Source: Paracoccaceae bacterium
Lineage (GTDB): Bacteria; Pseudomonadota; Alphaproteobacteria; Rhodobacterales; Rhodobacteraceae
DNA: 64,000 bases
Direction of reading: 5' to 3'
Assembly (NCBI GenBank): GCA_009773375.1
Contig: WRPH01000002.1
Location: 34,640-98,639, forward strand
Part shown: one piece after another, positions 1-10,398 of the stretch
Position numbering within the stretch: position 1 is the first letter of the stretch
How the letters are laid out: each line of letters begins with the position of its first letter
Translations under genes and position numbers: made by a program
Notes under the pieces: model-generated
Told to the model about the DNA's origin: nothing
Databases searched by the model: none
What the model saw: only the letters and a program-made list of their open reading frames with translations

Positions 1-890
1 AAGAACACCCGCAGGTCAGCAGCCCTTGCCCGTGCCAAACCCCGCTCAACTCCGATGCGTTCCACGACATCTGACGATTCGCGCAAACCGGCGGTATCCA
101 ACAGCGTCACAGACAGGCCAGAAATATCCATCCTCACCTCAATCACATCGCGGGTAGTCCCCGCCACTTCCGACGTGATCGCAGCCTCTCGCCCAGCGAG
201 AGCATTCAGCAATGTGGACTTTCCGGCGTTCGGCAAACCAACGATTGCTACCTCAAACCCATCTCTCACCCGCTCTGCCGCTTTGGCACCCGCCAATTCG
301 GTCCGCAACGCAGCTAACAGTTTCTCGATCAAAGCACGCACCTCTGGGGTCACATCCACCGGCACATCTTCATCGGCAAAATCAATCGTCGCTTCGATCA
401 AGGCAGCTGCCCGCACCAGATCCAACCGCCAAGCTTCAACCCGGCGTCCCAAAGCGCCAGAGAACACTCGCATCGCCTGGCGCCGCTGAGCTTCAGTCTC
501 GGCGTCGATCAAATCAGCCAACCCCTCAACCTGAGCCAGATCGAGCCGTCCGTTTTCAAGCGCCCTACGCGTAAATTCTCCAGCCTCCGCCAAGCGCAAG
601 CCTTCCAAACCAGAGAGAACCCGCAGAACCGAAGTGACGACAGCGCTACTGCCGTGCAGCTGCAGCTCGGCGCTTGGTTCGCCAGTAAAGCTTGCGCCCT
701 CGGCAAACAGCAACACCAACGCTTCATCCAGCACTTCGCCGTTCCATACCAGCCGCCGCAAAGCCGCCTGCCGTACCGGTGGCAAAGCACAAAACTGCGC
801 GACCGCCCAATGTGCAGACGGCCCCGACAAACGGATCACGGCAACGCCCGCCTTACCCCGTGCGCTTGCCAAGGCGAAGATCGTATCCAT
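1..890 (-). CDS. mnmE: tRNA modification GTPase MnmE (5' part; runs off window start; not in supplied ORF track)
   Basis: Manual reverse-strand translation from ATG at 890: [23 protein letters not shown]...[14 protein letters not shown]...[36 protein letters not shown]...[18 protein letters not shown]...[12 protein letters not shown]...DTAGLR. Confidence 0.95.
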   Translation of the reverse strand, partial: MDTIFALASARGKAGVAVIRLSGPSAHWAVAQFCALPPVRQAALRRLVWNGEVLDEALVLLFAEGASFTGEPSAELQLHGSSAVVTSVLRVLSGLEGLRLAEAGEFTRRALENGRLDLAQVEGLADLIDAETEAQRRQAMRVFSGALGRRVEAWRLDLVRAAALIEATIDFADEDVPVDVTPEVRALIEKLLAALRTELAGAKAAERVRDGFEVAIVGLPNAGKSTLLNALAGREAAITSEVAGTTRDVIEVRMDISGLSVTLLDTAGLRESSDVVERIGVERGLARARAADLRVF

Positions 891-914
891 AGCCAAGCCT
901 TTGATAAATAGCGC

Positions 915-2186
915 TTACGCGTTCATCGACTCGAAGAATTCGCCGTTGGTCTTGGTCTGCTTCAACTTCGAGATCAGGAATTCGATTGCATCTGTCGTGC
1001 CCATTGGGTTCAGAATCCGCCGCAGAACATAGGTCTTCTGCAGATCGGTCTTCTCAACCAACAGATCTTCCTTCCGCGTACCGGATTTCAGAATATCAAT
1101 CGCCGGGAACACGCGCTTGTCCGCCACCTTGCGATCCAGCACGATTTCGCTGTTACCGGTGCCCTTGAACTCTTCAAAAATCACCTCGTCCATCCGGCTA
1201 CCCGTATCAATCAGCGCCGTCGCAATAATGGTCAACGACCCGCCTTCTTCAATATTCCGCGCTGCACCAAAGAACCGCTTCGGTCGCTGCAACGCATTGG
1301 CATCAACGCCACCGGTCAACACCTTGCCCGACGACGGCACCACCGTGTTGAAAGCCCGTCCCAGACGGGTAATCGAGTCAAGTAAGATCACCACATCACG
1401 CTTGTGTTCAACCAGACGCTTGGCCTTTTCAATCACCATCTCCGCCACGGCAACGTGCCGCGTCGCCGGCTCGTCAAAGGTTGAAGACACCACTTCGCCC
1501 TTCACCGACCGCTGCATATCGGTCACTTCTTCCGGCCGCTCGTCGATCAACAACACGATCAGATAACATTCCGGGTGATTCACCGCGATCGAGTTTGCAA
1601 TATTCTGCAAAAGCACCGTCTTACCCGTACGCGGCGGAGCCACGATCAGGGCGCGCTGGCCCTTGCCAATCGGGCAAACCAGATCAATGATCCGCGCGGA
1701 ACGATCCTTGATCGTCGGATCTTCAACCTCCATCTTCAACCGCTCATCCGGATAGAGCGGCGTCAGGTTGTCAAAGTGAACCTTGTGCCGGGCCTTTTCA
1801 GGATCATCGAAGTTGATCCGCGTGACCTTGGTCATGCAGAAATACTTCTCATTCTCGCGCGGGGCCTGGATCACACCCTCGATGGTATCACCGGTGCGCA
1901 GGCTGAACTGGCGCAGAATATCGGGCGACACATAAATATCATCCGGGCCGGGCAGATAGTTGGCCGAGGGACTGCGCAGAAAGCCGAAACCGTCCTGCAG
2001 CACTTCCAGCACGCCATCGCCGCCTATTTCCCAACCTTCTTCGGCATGTTCTTTCAGGATCGAGAACATCATCTCGCCCTTGCGCATGCTCGGGGCGTTC
2101 TCAATCTCCCATTCTTCCGCCATCGCCAGCAACTCGGCCGGGGTCTTGGCTTTCAGATCGGCAAGATTCAAATGCTCAACAGTCAT
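915..2186 (-). CDS. rho: Transcription termination factor Rho
   Basis: [26 protein letters not shown]-loop, [29 protein letters not shown]; start taken at MTVEHLNL (2186). Confidence 0.97.
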   Translation of the reverse strand: MTVEHLNLADLKAKTPAELLAMAEEWEIENAPSMRKGEMMFSILKEHAEEGWEIGGDGVLEVLQDGFGFLRSPSANYLPGPDDIYVSPDILRQFSLRTGDTIEGVIQAPRENEKYFCMTKVTRINFDDPEKARHKVHFDNLTPLYPDERLKMEVEDPTIKDRSARIIDLVCPIGKGQRALIVAPPRTGKTVLLQNIANSIAVNHPECYLIVLLIDERPEEVTDMQRSVKGEVVSSTFDEPATRHVAVAEMVIEKAKRLVEHKRDVVILLDSITRLGRAFNTVVPSSGKVLTGGVDANALQRPKRFFGAARNIEEGGSLTIIATALIDTGSRMDEVIFEEFKGTGNSEIVLDRKVADKRVFPAIDILKSGTRKEDLLVEKTDLQKTYVLRRILNPMGTTDAIEFLISKLKQTKTNGEFFESMNA

Positions 2187-2312
2187 CGGGGATTCACCTT
2201 CGGCGCGCAGCCCGTAGCCCGGACCAACAGCAGCAATGTCAATGGAAAGCGGTATGGCCGAATGGCCGCGCTGCGTTTCCCCTAAGCCCAGCACCGCCGC
2301 GAGTCAACCACT

Positions 2313-2777
2313 TCAGAACTTCAGGATCACCGAGAATACAATAACCGCCATGAAGACCGTCGGCACTTCGTTCATCATCCGATACTGTCGCCCGGTCAGC
2401 GCATTGGCTCCGTTGAGGAAATCCTTGCGTCGCCAGCCGAGCCAATGATGAAACCACGTCATCCCCAGCACTGCCGCCGCTTTAGTCCAAGGCCAAACCT
2501 CGCTCCAGACCACAATGCCGGGCGTGAAAACCAAAGCTAATCCAAACACCCAGGTCGCGACACTTGCGGGATTGATGATGGCTTTCAGCAGTAAACGCTC
2601 CTGGTGCTGAAACAGCAGATCCATCTCACTGCCAGGTTCGACCCCGCGCTTTTGCAGGCCTTCAACGTGATAGACATAAAGCCGCGGCAAATAGAACAGC
2701 CCGGCCATCCAGGCGATGACTGACATCACATGCAGCGATTTTGCCCAAAGATAGTACGTCGCCAGAAAGTCGCCCAC
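2313..2777 (-). CDS. hemJ: Protoporphyrinogen oxidase HemJ (CopD/UPF0093 family)
   Basis: KSLHVMSVIAWMAGLFYLPRLYVYH and C-terminal RMMNEVPT motifs; GTG start; syntenic upstream of rho. Confidence 0.9.
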   Translation of the reverse strand: MGDFLATYYLWAKSLHVMSVIAWMAGLFYLPRLYVYHVEGLQKRGVEPGSEMDLLFQHQERLLLKAIINPASVATWVFGLALVFTPGIVVWSEVWPWTKAAAVLGMTWFHHWLGWRRKDFLNGANALTGRQYRMMNEVPTVFMAVIVFSVILKF

Positions 2778-3175
2778 AGGTCACCTCGTTTCTTAGCTTC
2801 TTCTTAAAGAATAGATTCTAGAAAGAAAGATGATGTTGTAGGGACCGTGGATAACTGAATTCCGTAGTTTGTCCTGCAAGATATCCCCAGCGCGAAGGCT
2901 GTGAACAACTTTGGGTGAAACCATCGGTACACAATAAAATATAAACAAAGACAAATAGTTAGCTATAGTTATTCGGGCTTCGTCTCATCCACAGGCACGG
3001 GAAAACCATTTCACCCCCGACCAGCATCGGCAGTTATCCCGTTGTGGGAAACCCCGACGAATCGGGCGCAGAGGCTTGACAAAATCGGCCTGCTGCGGCC
3101 ACTTTCCGGCAAAACATGGATTGCCCCCAATTTCGCTCGCCAGAACAAACACAGCTTATCCACAAGGCCGCCCCC
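2778..3175. other. Candidate chromosomal replication origin (oriC)
   Basis: Gene-free 398 bp with AT-rich tracts (about 2790-2835 and 2934-2972), a perfect DnaA box TTATCCACA at 3156-3164, one-mismatch boxes CGTGGATAA 2846-2854 and TCATCCACA 2985-2993, weaker TGTGAACAA 2900-2908 and TGTGGGAAA 3043-3051; sits upstream of maf-aroE-coaE-dnaQ as in other alphaproteobacterial origins; parS 1.6 kb away. Confidence 0.7.
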
Positions 3176-3775
3176 ATGCCGCGCCAGCTTCTTCTTGCCT
3201 CGGCCTCGGAAATCCGTCTGCACCTGTTGCGCAATGCCGGGATCGAGGTAACCGCGCTGCCAGCGCGGATTGACGAGACGGCTATTCGGCAGAGTCTGGA
3301 AGCAGAATCTGCCAAACCGCATGACATTGCCGATGCATTGGCCGAAATGAAGGCGCGCAAACTCGCCGATAAGCACCCTGGGGCGTTGGTGCTGGGCTGT
3401 GATCAGGTGCTTGCTTTTGAAAACCGGATTTATAGCAAACCAGAGACGGTTGATGAAGCGCGCGCGCAGCTATTCGCCTTTCGCGGTCAAACTCATCAAC
3501 TGATCTCGGCTCTGGTGCTTTACGACGGTGGCAGGCCGGTTTGGCGGCATGTCGCGCGCGCCCGTCTGACCATGCATCTCGCATCTGACGGTTATATCGA
3601 CGCTTATCTGGCGCGGAATTGGCCCAGTATCCGCCACTCTGTCGGCGCGTATAAGCTGGAAGAAGAAGGCATCCGCTTGTTTTCAGCCATCGAAGGCGAC
3701 TACTTTACGATTCTCGGCCTGCCACTCTTGCCGTTAATCAGTTACCTCCGAACCAGAGGCTTCATCGCAACATGA
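3176..3775 (+). CDS. maf: Maf family nucleotide pyrophosphatase
   Basis: [48 protein letters not shown]; start at MPRQ (3176). Confidence 0.92.
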   Translation: MPRQLLLASASEIRLHLLRNAGIEVTALPARIDETAIRQSLEAESAKPHDIADALAEMKARKLADKHPGALVLGCDQVLAFENRIYSKPETVDEARAQLFAFRGQTHQLISALVLYDGGRPVWRHVARARLTMHLASDGYIDAYLARNWPSIRHSVGAYKLEEEGIRLFSAIEGDYFTILGLPLLPLISYLRTRGFIAT

Positions 3776-4611
3776 CCGACCTGCCCCGCATCCCTCTAGC
3801 CGGCGTTATTGGCCATCCGATTGCCCACAGCCGATCGCCAGCGCTGCATGGTTTCTGGTTAAAGCGGTATGGCATCAAGGGCCATTACATTCCAATGGAT
3901 GTGGCACCGCAAGATCTGCGTCAAGCACTTGAAATACTTCCGAAACTCGGCTTTGTCGGGATCAATGTGACCATCCCGCACAAAGAGGCGATCCTGCAGA
4001 TCGCCGATGTGATCACAGACCGGGCGGCGCTGATCGGGGCGGCCAACACCCTGATTTTCCGCAAGGACGGCCGTATCCACGCCGATAATACCGACGGCGC
4101 GGGCTTCATGGCGAACCTGCGGCAGAACGCGCCACATTGGAACCCAACCGCAGGGCCCGCAGCTGTTTTCGGCGCCGGCGGTGCCGCACGCGCAGTTATC
4201 GCGGCGCTGATCGAGGTGGGTGTTCCGGAAATTCGCATTGCCAACCGTACCCGGCCTCGCGCAGAAGCGATGCGGGTTGATTTCGGTGCCAAGCTGACGG
4301 TTTACGACTGGGTGCAGGCCCCAAATATGCTTGAAGGGGCTGCAACGGTGATCAATACCACCTCTCTCGGCATGTCTGGAAAATCCGATTTCCGGGTGCC
4401 GCTGGATGCCCTCGAAAAAACCGCCCTCGTCACCGACCTGGTGTATAACCCACTGAAAACACATCTCCTTATTGAAGCGGAATCCAAAGGATGCACCGTG
4501 GTCGATGGTCTGGGCATGTTGTTACATCAGGCCGCTCCCGGTTTTGAACGCTGGTTCGGGCACCGCCCCGAGGTTGACGAAGCCACGCGCTGCGCGGTCC
4601 TTTCGGCATGA
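3772..4611 (+). CDS. aroE: Shikimate dehydrogenase
   Basis: [52 protein letters not shown]. Confidence 0.96.
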   Translation: MTDLPRIPLAGVIGHPIAHSRSPALHGFWLKRYGIKGHYIPMDVAPQDLRQALEILPKLGFVGINVTIPHKEAILQIADVITDRAALIGAANTLIFRKDGRIHADNTDGAGFMANLRQNAPHWNPTAGPAAVFGAGGAARAVIAALIEVGVPEIRIANRTRPRAEAMRVDFGAKLTVYDWVQAPNMLEGAATVINTTSLGMSGKSDFRVPLDALEKTALVTDLVYNPLKTHLLIEAESKGCTVVDGLGMLLHQAAPGFERWFGHRPEVDEATRCAVLSA

Positions 4612-5195
4612 CTTTCCGCCTCGGGCTTACCGGCTCTATCGGTATGGGCAAGTCCACCACCGCGGCGCTTTTTGCGGATGCCGGACTGCCGGTTTGGGAT
4701 GCGGATGCTGCCGTGCATCGGCTTTATGCCGAAAACGGTGCTGCCGTCGCCCCGCTGGCCAGACTTTGTCCGGAAGCCATTCAGGGCAATAGTGTTTCAC
4801 GTGAAACATTGAAGCGGCTGATTGCCGCTGACCCCACTCTGCTGTCCCAAATCGAAGCCATCGTTCACCCGCTCGTCGCAGCGGATCGTACCGCTTTTCT
4901 CGCCCAGACCGCTGCCGATATTGCCATTCTCGATATCCCGTTGCTGTTTGAAAAATCCAGTCAGCATGAATGTGACGCCACCCTGCTCGTCACTGCACCC
5001 GCGACGCTGCAACGAAAGCGCGTGCTGCAACGCCCCGGCATGACCGAAGCGCATTTCCAAACTATCCTCGCCCGACAGATGCCCGACGCCGAAAAGCGCT
5101 CTTTAGCTACTCACATCGTTGAAACGCTGGACCTCGCTTCGACCAAAGCCTATGTCACCGCCTTGATCGCCTATATCCGAGACCAAAATGCGTGA
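4608..5195 (+). CDS. coaE: Dephospho-CoA kinase
   Basis: GLTGSIGMGKST, WDADAAVHRLY, LDIPLLFE. Confidence 0.95.
   Translation: MTFRLGLTGSIGMGKSTTAALFADAGLPVWDADAAVHRLYAENGAAVAPLARLCPEAIQGNSVSRETLKRLIAADPTLLSQIEAIVHPLVAADRTAFLAQTAADIAILDIPLLFEKSSQHECDATLLVTAPATLQRKRVLQRPGMTEAHFQTILARQMPDAEKRSLATHIVETLDLASTKAYVTALIAYIRDQNA
4793..4808. other. parS: parS centromere-like site (perfect palindrome) inside coaE
   Basis: TGTTTCACGTGAAACA, exact match to the canonical bacterial parS consensus. Confidence 0.85.
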
Positions 5196-5886
5196 GATCG
5201 TTCTCGACACCGAAACCACCGGCTTTGAACCGTCTGAAGGTCACCGTATCGTCGAAATCGGCGCCGTTGAGATCTTCAACCATCTTCCCACCGGTAATAC
5301 CTACCACCAATACATCAACCCGGAACGCCCGATGCCGAAAGAGGCGTTCGAGGTGCATGGCCTGGGCGACGACTTTCTGCGCAATCAACCGGTGTTCCGG
5401 GCCATCGGCCAAGCTTTTCTTGATTTTATTGGTGATGCACAGCTTGTCATCCACAACGCTGCCTTCGATATGAAATTCCTGAACCACGAACTCGCCGCTG
5501 TCGGCTTGCCAACGATCCCTTTTGCGCGCGCCACCGATACCTTGATGATGGCACGCCGCAAATTCCCCGGCTCTCCTGCCACACTTGACGCGCTCTGCCG
5601 CCGCTTCGGAGTAGACAACTCTGCCCGTGAAAAGCACGGCGCGTTGCTCGACTCCGAAATCCTTGCCGAGGTCTATCTTGAACTTGTCGGTGGCCGCCAA
5701 CCGGATTTCGCTCTCAATCCTGTGGCGCAGACGCAACGCAGTGGCGGCGCAGAAAAAACCTCAGATTGGCGACCGCGCCCGCGTGCTACGCCGCTTGCCC
5801 CGCGTATCACCGAGGCAGAATCTGCCGCACACGCGGCGTTTGTCGAAAAGATGGGCGATGCGGCGCTCTGGAAAAAACGGCTCTAA
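5188..5886 (+). CDS. dnaQ: DNA polymerase III epsilon subunit
   Basis: VLDTETTG, HNAAFD, HGALLDSEILAEVY (DEDDh exonuclease motifs). Confidence 0.96.
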   Translation: MREIVLDTETTGFEPSEGHRIVEIGAVEIFNHLPTGNTYHQYINPERPMPKEAFEVHGLGDDFLRNQPVFRAIGQAFLDFIGDAQLVIHNAAFDMKFLNHELAAVGLPTIPFARATDTLMMARRKFPGSPATLDALCRRFGVDNSAREKHGALLDSEILAEVYLELVGGRQPDFALNPVAQTQRSGGAEKTSDWRPRPRATPLAPRITEAESAAHAAFVEKMGDAALWKKRL

Positions 5887-5923
5887 CTCAGCCTGAAACA
5901 TGATTATACCCACAAGGCCCCCC

Positions 5924-6937
5924 ATGAAAACAATCTTCGTCACCGGCTCCGCAGGCTTCATCGGCTTTCACCTCTGCAAGCTTCTTCTGGCCGAGGGTTT
6001 TCAGGTTCACGGCTATGATGGCATGACCGACTATTACGATGTCAGTCTCAAGCAGCGCCGCCACGCCATGCTGCGACAAAGCCCCAATTTCACCGCAACC
6101 GAGGCGTTGCTGGAAGATCAGGCCAGCTTGTCCGCGGCGATGCACGCAGCACAGCCGCAAGTGATCATCCACCTCGCGGCACAGGCGGGCGTGCGCTATT
6201 CGTTGGAAAATCCGCGCGCTTATCTTGATGCCAACCTGATTGGCGGCTTCAATGTGCTCGATCTCGCCCGTGCGTTGAAGGTTGATCACCTGCTGATGGC
6301 CTCGACCTCATCGGTTTACGGCGCAAACACCGAAATGCCTTTCCTTGAAACCCACAAGACCGAAACCCCGTTGACCTTCTACGCCGCCACCAAGAAGGCG
6401 AATGAGATGATGGGCCATTCCTACGCCCACATCTATAACTTGCCGATAACCATGTTCCGCTTCTTTACCGTCTATGGTCCGTGGGGCCGCCCCGACATGG
6501 CGCTGTTCAAATTCACCCGCGGCATTCTCGAAGGCAGCCCGATCGACGTATACAACAACGGCGACATGTGGCGCGACTTCACCTATGTCGATGATCTTGT
6601 CCGTGGCATCCGCCTGTTGATCGACGCGGTTCCGCAGCGGCCCGAAACCCCGGCCGACATTCCGCAAGGTGACAGTCTAAGCCCCGCCGCGCCTTATCGT
6701 GTTGTAAATATTGGTAATTCCGATAAAGTCCGCCTGATGGATTTCATCGACGCGATCGAGGTCGAAACCGGCCGCAAGGCGATCCGCAATTACATGCCGA
6801 TGCAAACCGGCGACGTCCCGGCCACTTGGGCAGATGCAACCCTGCTGCAAAGCCTGACCGGTTACCGTCCGCAGACCAACTTCCGCGACGGCATTGCCGC
6901 CTTTGTCCGCTGGTATCGCGATTATTACCAGATCTGA
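5924..6937 (+). CDS. NAD-dependent epimerase, UDP-glucuronate 4-epimerase-like (WcaG/CapI/LspL type)
   Basis: VTGSAGFIG, HLAAQAGVRYS, ASTSSVYG, YAATKKANE, RFFTVYGPWGRPDMA, RDFTYVDD. Confidence 0.88.
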   Translation: MKTIFVTGSAGFIGFHLCKLLLAEGFQVHGYDGMTDYYDVSLKQRRHAMLRQSPNFTATEALLEDQASLSAAMHAAQPQVIIHLAAQAGVRYSLENPRAYLDANLIGGFNVLDLARALKVDHLLMASTSSVYGANTEMPFLETHKTETPLTFYAATKKANEMMGHSYAHIYNLPITMFRFFTVYGPWGRPDMALFKFTRGILEGSPIDVYNNGDMWRDFTYVDDLVRGIRLLIDAVPQRPETPADIPQGDSLSPAAPYRVVNIGNSDKVRLMDFIDAIEVETGRKAIRNYMPMQTGDVPATWADATLLQSLTGYRPQTNFRDGIAAFVRWYRDYYQI

Positions 6938-6949
6938 CCCGCAGATGAC

Positions 6950-6975
6950 AAAGCCAGCCCCGCAGGACTGGCTTT
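6950..6975. terminator. Probable bidirectional intrinsic terminator between the epimerase gene and secB
   Basis: AAAGCCAG-N10-CTGGCTTT inverted repeat between convergent genes. Confidence 0.6.
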
Positions 6976-6990
6976 GCAAATCTTCCAGCC

Positions 6991-7467
6991 TTAGTTTGCG
7001 ACTGGCTGCGCCTGGGCGCGACGGTGGATTTCCTGGCGATACAGCGCAAGGAAATCCACCGTATCAATGTTTAGCGGCGGGAAGCCGCCATCGCGCGTCA
7101 CATCCGAGATGATCCGCCGCACAAACGGGAACAGCAGGCGCGGGCATTCGATCAGCAGGAACGGGTGCATCTGATCTTCCGGCACGCCCTCGACGTGGAA
7201 GATCCCGCCGTAATCGACCTCCAGCAGGAACAGCGTATCACCGTTGACCTTGTTTTTCGAGGTTACCTTGAACTTGGTCACGATATCAAACTGATGCTCT
7301 TGCGACCGTTTGCGCGCATCCAGGCTTACCTGAACCTGAATATCCGGCTGCACTTCGCTTGCCGTCAGCCCCTTCTGGGCCACCATGTTTTCAAATGACA
7401 TGTCGCGGACAAATTGCGCCAGAACCGACATCTTGATTTGCGGCGCACCGCCAGTTTCTTCGGTCAT
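6991..7467 (-). CDS. secB: Protein-export chaperone SecB
   Basis: QFVRDMSFEN, LLEVDYGGIF, CPRLLFPFVRRII, GGFPPLNIDTVDF. Confidence 0.95.
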   Translation of the reverse strand: MTEETGGAPQIKMSVLAQFVRDMSFENMVAQKGLTASEVQPDIQVQVSLDARKRSQEHQFDIVTKFKVTSKNKVNGDTLFLLEVDYGGIFHVEGVPEDQMHPFLLIECPRLLFPFVRRIISDVTRDGGFPPLNIDTVDFLALYRQEIHRRAQAQPVAN

Positions 7468-7521
7468 ACGACCCACTCCCTGCAATACCTCGCCAATCCG
7501 TATCAGGTCAAAGCGCGCGGC

Positions 7522-7980
7522 TCAATCCTGATGCCATTTCGACGGCCCGCCGATTTTGTCGCGGTCTGGCACCACCTCTTCATATTCGGCATCGACCCAA
7601 TCCTCCGTGCCTTGCGCCCGGCCTCGCGCCATAAACCCCGCCACCCGCACCCGAGACGCAATCTGCGCAATCACCAACCGCCGCAGCAGCGGGATCATCA
7701 GCAACACACCCAGCACATCGGTAAAGAACCCCGGCAACATCAGCAGAAACCCACCGAGCAGGATCAGCGCGCCATGCGCCATCGGCGACACCGGGTCCAC
7801 CGTCCCCGCCTGCACCTCGCGCAGCGCCCCCATCCCCTGCCAGCGCATCAGCGCCACACCGGCAAACCCCGTCGTCACCACAATCGCCAGCGTCGGCCAT
7901 AGTCCCAGCCAGCCGCCAACCGTGACAAACAGCCCGATTTCCAGCAACGGCCACGCCAAAATCAGCGCAAAACCCCACAT
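7522..7980 (-). CDS. fxsA: FxsA family membrane protein
   Basis: PLLEIGLFVTVGGWLG and GFLLMLPGFFTDVLG motifs; conserved position next to secB. Confidence 0.9.
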   Translation of the reverse strand: MWGFALILAWPLLEIGLFVTVGGWLGLWPTLAIVVTTGFAGVALMRWQGMGALREVQAGTVDPVSPMAHGALILLGGFLLMLPGFFTDVLGVLLMIPLLRRLVIAQIASRVRVAGFMARGRAQGTEDWVDAEYEEVVPDRDKIGGPSKWHQD

Positions 7981-8019
7981 CCGCGTCTCCTCCGTGGTTT
8001 CCGCGCCCCAGACGGTAGA

Positions 8020-8043
8020 CTTGCGCGCACCCAGCCCCTACAT
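8020..8043 (+). promoter_or_regulatory. RpoH (sigma32)-type promoter of the tim44-mltA-smr unit
   Basis: CTTG at 8020-8023 and CCCTACAT at 8036-8043, resembling alphaproteobacterial RpoH consensus. Confidence 0.45.
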
Positions 8044-8093
8044 AAGATGCCAACGCCCGGATCACCAACCCCTCCGGCAAGTTTTGAGGCGCC

Positions 8094-8756
8094 TTGATGA
8101 ATTCCTCTCTGATTCAACTGCTTGTTCTGGCTGGGATCGCCGTGTTTCTGATCCTGAAACTGCGTTCTGTGCTCGGCTCGCGCGAAGGCTTCGAAAAGCC
8201 GCCGCTGCCGCTTGATCCCGCCCGCCCGACGCCAAAACGCGATTTTGAGGTGATCGAAGGCGGCCCCGACCGCGACATCACCGATCACATTGCCGAGAAC
8301 ACCGCCGCGGCCAAGGCGCTTGCCGCGATGAAAACCGCCGAGCCTGACTTCAACGTAGGCGAATTCCTGCGCGGCGCGCGCGGCGCTTATGAAATGATCC
8401 TGATGGCGTTCGAGCGTGGCGATATCGACCAGATCCGCCCCTTCCTCGCGGATGAGGTGGAAGCCTCCTTCACCCAGGCGATCAACGCCCGGGAACGCAA
8501 CGGCATGACGGTCGAGGCGAATTTCCTTGGCATCCGTGAAGTCACCCTCGCCGATGCAGAGTTTGACAGCACCAGCCGCACCGGCGAAATTACCGTGCGG
8601 TTTGTCGGCGAACTCACCTCGGCTGTGCGCAACAAGGCCGGCGAAATCATCGAAGGCTCGACCTCCGAAGTCAAACGCCAGCGTGACAGCTGGACCTTTG
8701 CGCGTCGCATGGGCGTGCAAGACCCGAACTGGCAACTCGTCGCAACTGGCGACTGA
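8094..8756 (+). CDS. Tim44/TimA family adaptor protein
   Basis: N-terminal TM then LRSVLGSREGFE, FLRGARGAYEMIL, DSWTFARRMG..DPNWQLVAT. Confidence 0.9.
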   Translation: MMNSSLIQLLVLAGIAVFLILKLRSVLGSREGFEKPPLPLDPARPTPKRDFEVIEGGPDRDITDHIAENTAAAKALAAMKTAEPDFNVGEFLRGARGAYEMILMAFERGDIDQIRPFLADEVEASFTQAINARERNGMTVEANFLGIREVTLADAEFDSTSRTGEITVRFVGELTSAVRNKAGEIIEGSTSEVKRQRDSWTFARRMGVQDPNWQLVATGD

Positions 8757-8766
8757 CGGAGAACGA

Positions 8767-9789
8767 ATGCGTGCCGCCCTCAGCGCCTGCCTGCTGGCGG
8801 TCAGCATGACCGCAGCGCCCGCCCCGGCGCAGATGCTGGATTTTGAAACCCTCGATGGCTGGCCCGAAGACAATCATCGGGCCGCCCTTGCCGCCTTTCT
8901 GGAAACCTGCGACCAACTCGATGCGCCCGACTGGCAGCCGATCTGCCGTCTTGCCGCCGACGCGGGCACATCAGATGCCTCTGCGAAGGCCTTCTTCGAG
9001 CTGATGTTCAAGCCAGTGCTGATCGGCAATCCCCCTGCCTTGTTCACCGGCTATTATGAACCGGAACTTGACGGTTCGCCGATCCGCACACCGCGCTTTG
9101 CCTACCCGATCTACGCCCGCCCGCCCGAGCTGCAAGATGGGCAGGTTTACCACGACCGCGCCAGCATCGAATCCGGGGCGTTGCGTGGGCGCGGCCTTGA
9201 AATCGCTTGGCTTGATGATCCTGTCGAGGCGTTTTTCCTGCAAATCCAAGGCTCTGGCCGCATTCGGATGACAGATGGCCGGGTGATCCGCGTCGGCTAC
9301 GCTGGGCGCAACGGCCATGCCTATCGCTCGGTCGGCAAGGAAATGATCGCACGCGGCATGCGCACCCCGGATCAGGTTTCGGCGCAAGACATCCGGCATT
9401 ATGTTCGCGGCAATCCCACCGCCGGCAATGCGTTGCTCAACACCAACCCGTCTTACGTCTTCTTCCGCAAGATCGGTGATCTGCCGGCAGACAAAGGTCC
9501 GATTGGCGCGATGGGCCGCTCGATCACCGCGATGCGCTCGGTGGCGATTGATCCCAGCTTTACCCCGCTCGGGGTGCCGGTCTGGATCGAAAAGACCGGC
9601 GATACCCCCATTCGCAGCCTGATGGTGGCGCAAGATACCGGCGGCGCGATCAAGGGCGCACAGCGCGCCGACATTTTCTATGGCACCGGCGCGGCTGCCG
9701 GTGATGCGGCGGGCACGATCAAGGACGGCGGGCGAATGATCCTGCTGCTGCCGATCGACCGCGCCTACGCCATGCTGCCCGAGGGTTGA
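8767..9789 (+). CDS. mltA: Murein transglycosylase A (MltA)
   Basis: FTGYYEP, FFLQIQGSG, NPSYVFF, AQDTGGAIKG...ADIF (3D domain). Confidence 0.94.
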   Translation: MRAALSACLLAVSMTAAPAPAQMLDFETLDGWPEDNHRAALAAFLETCDQLDAPDWQPICRLAADAGTSDASAKAFFELMFKPVLIGNPPALFTGYYEPELDGSPIRTPRFAYPIYARPPELQDGQVYHDRASIESGALRGRGLEIAWLDDPVEAFFLQIQGSGRIRMTDGRVIRVGYAGRNGHAYRSVGKEMIARGMRTPDQVSAQDIRHYVRGNPTAGNALLNTNPSYVFFRKIGDLPADKGPIGAMGRSITAMRSVAIDPSFTPLGVPVWIEKTGDTPIRSLMVAQDTGGAIKGAQRADIFYGTGAAAGDAAGTIKDGGRMILLLPIDRAYAMLPEG

Positions 9790-9792
9790 ACC

Positions 9793-10398
9793 ATGGCTCG
9801 TCGCCGCACGCTGCGCCCGGAAGAAGAGGAAATCTGGCACGCCGTCGCCCGCACCGCAAAGCCGATGCACCCGATGGGCCATGTGTTTCTGAAGGCAGCC
9901 GAGCCGAAACCGCATCTTGTGATGTCGGAAACCGCGCCGCACCTGACCCCGGCGGCGCCGCGCCTGCCGCTGTTTCGGCTGGGCGAAAAGGCACGGGTCA
10001 AGCCAGCGCATGACGTGCTGCCCAGCCTGTCGGAAAGCCTCGCCGCCGCGCCGTTGCAGATGGATGCAAAGACCCACGGCAAGATGACCCGTGGCAAGCT
10101 GTCGCCCGAAGCCCGCATCGACCTGCACGGCCTCACCCTGTCCGAGGCGCATCCCGAGCTGATCCGCTTCATCCTGAATGCACAGTCAGCGGGTATGCGG
10201 CTGGTGTTGGTGATCACCGGCAAGGGCAAACGTGGGCAAGACATTGGCCCGATCCCGCTGCGGATGGGTGCCCTGCGGCATCAGGTGCCGCAATGGCTGC
10301 GCCTGCCGCCGCTTGGCCCAGCGGTGCTGCAAATTTCCGAAGCCCATCTGAAACACGGCGGCTCTGGTGCCTATTACGTCTACCTGCGGCGGCGCTAA
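9793..10398 (+). CDS. Smr/MutS2-like domain protein
   Basis: IDLHGLT, LVITGKG, HGGSGAYYVYLRR. Confidence 0.92.
   Translation: MARRRTLRPEEEEIWHAVARTAKPMHPMGHVFLKAAEPKPHLVMSETAPHLTPAAPRLPLFRLGEKARVKPAHDVLPSLSESLAAAPLQMDAKTHGKMTRGKLSPEARIDLHGLTLSEAHPELIRFILNAQSAGMRLVLVITGKGKRGQDIGPIPLRMGALRHQVPQWLRLPPLGPAVLQISEAHLKHGGSGAYYVYLRRR

Noticed and set aside
2958-2972. CtrA-like half sites in the candidate oriC (GTTAG-N6-TTAT)
   Set aside because: Wrong spacing and mismatches in both halves.
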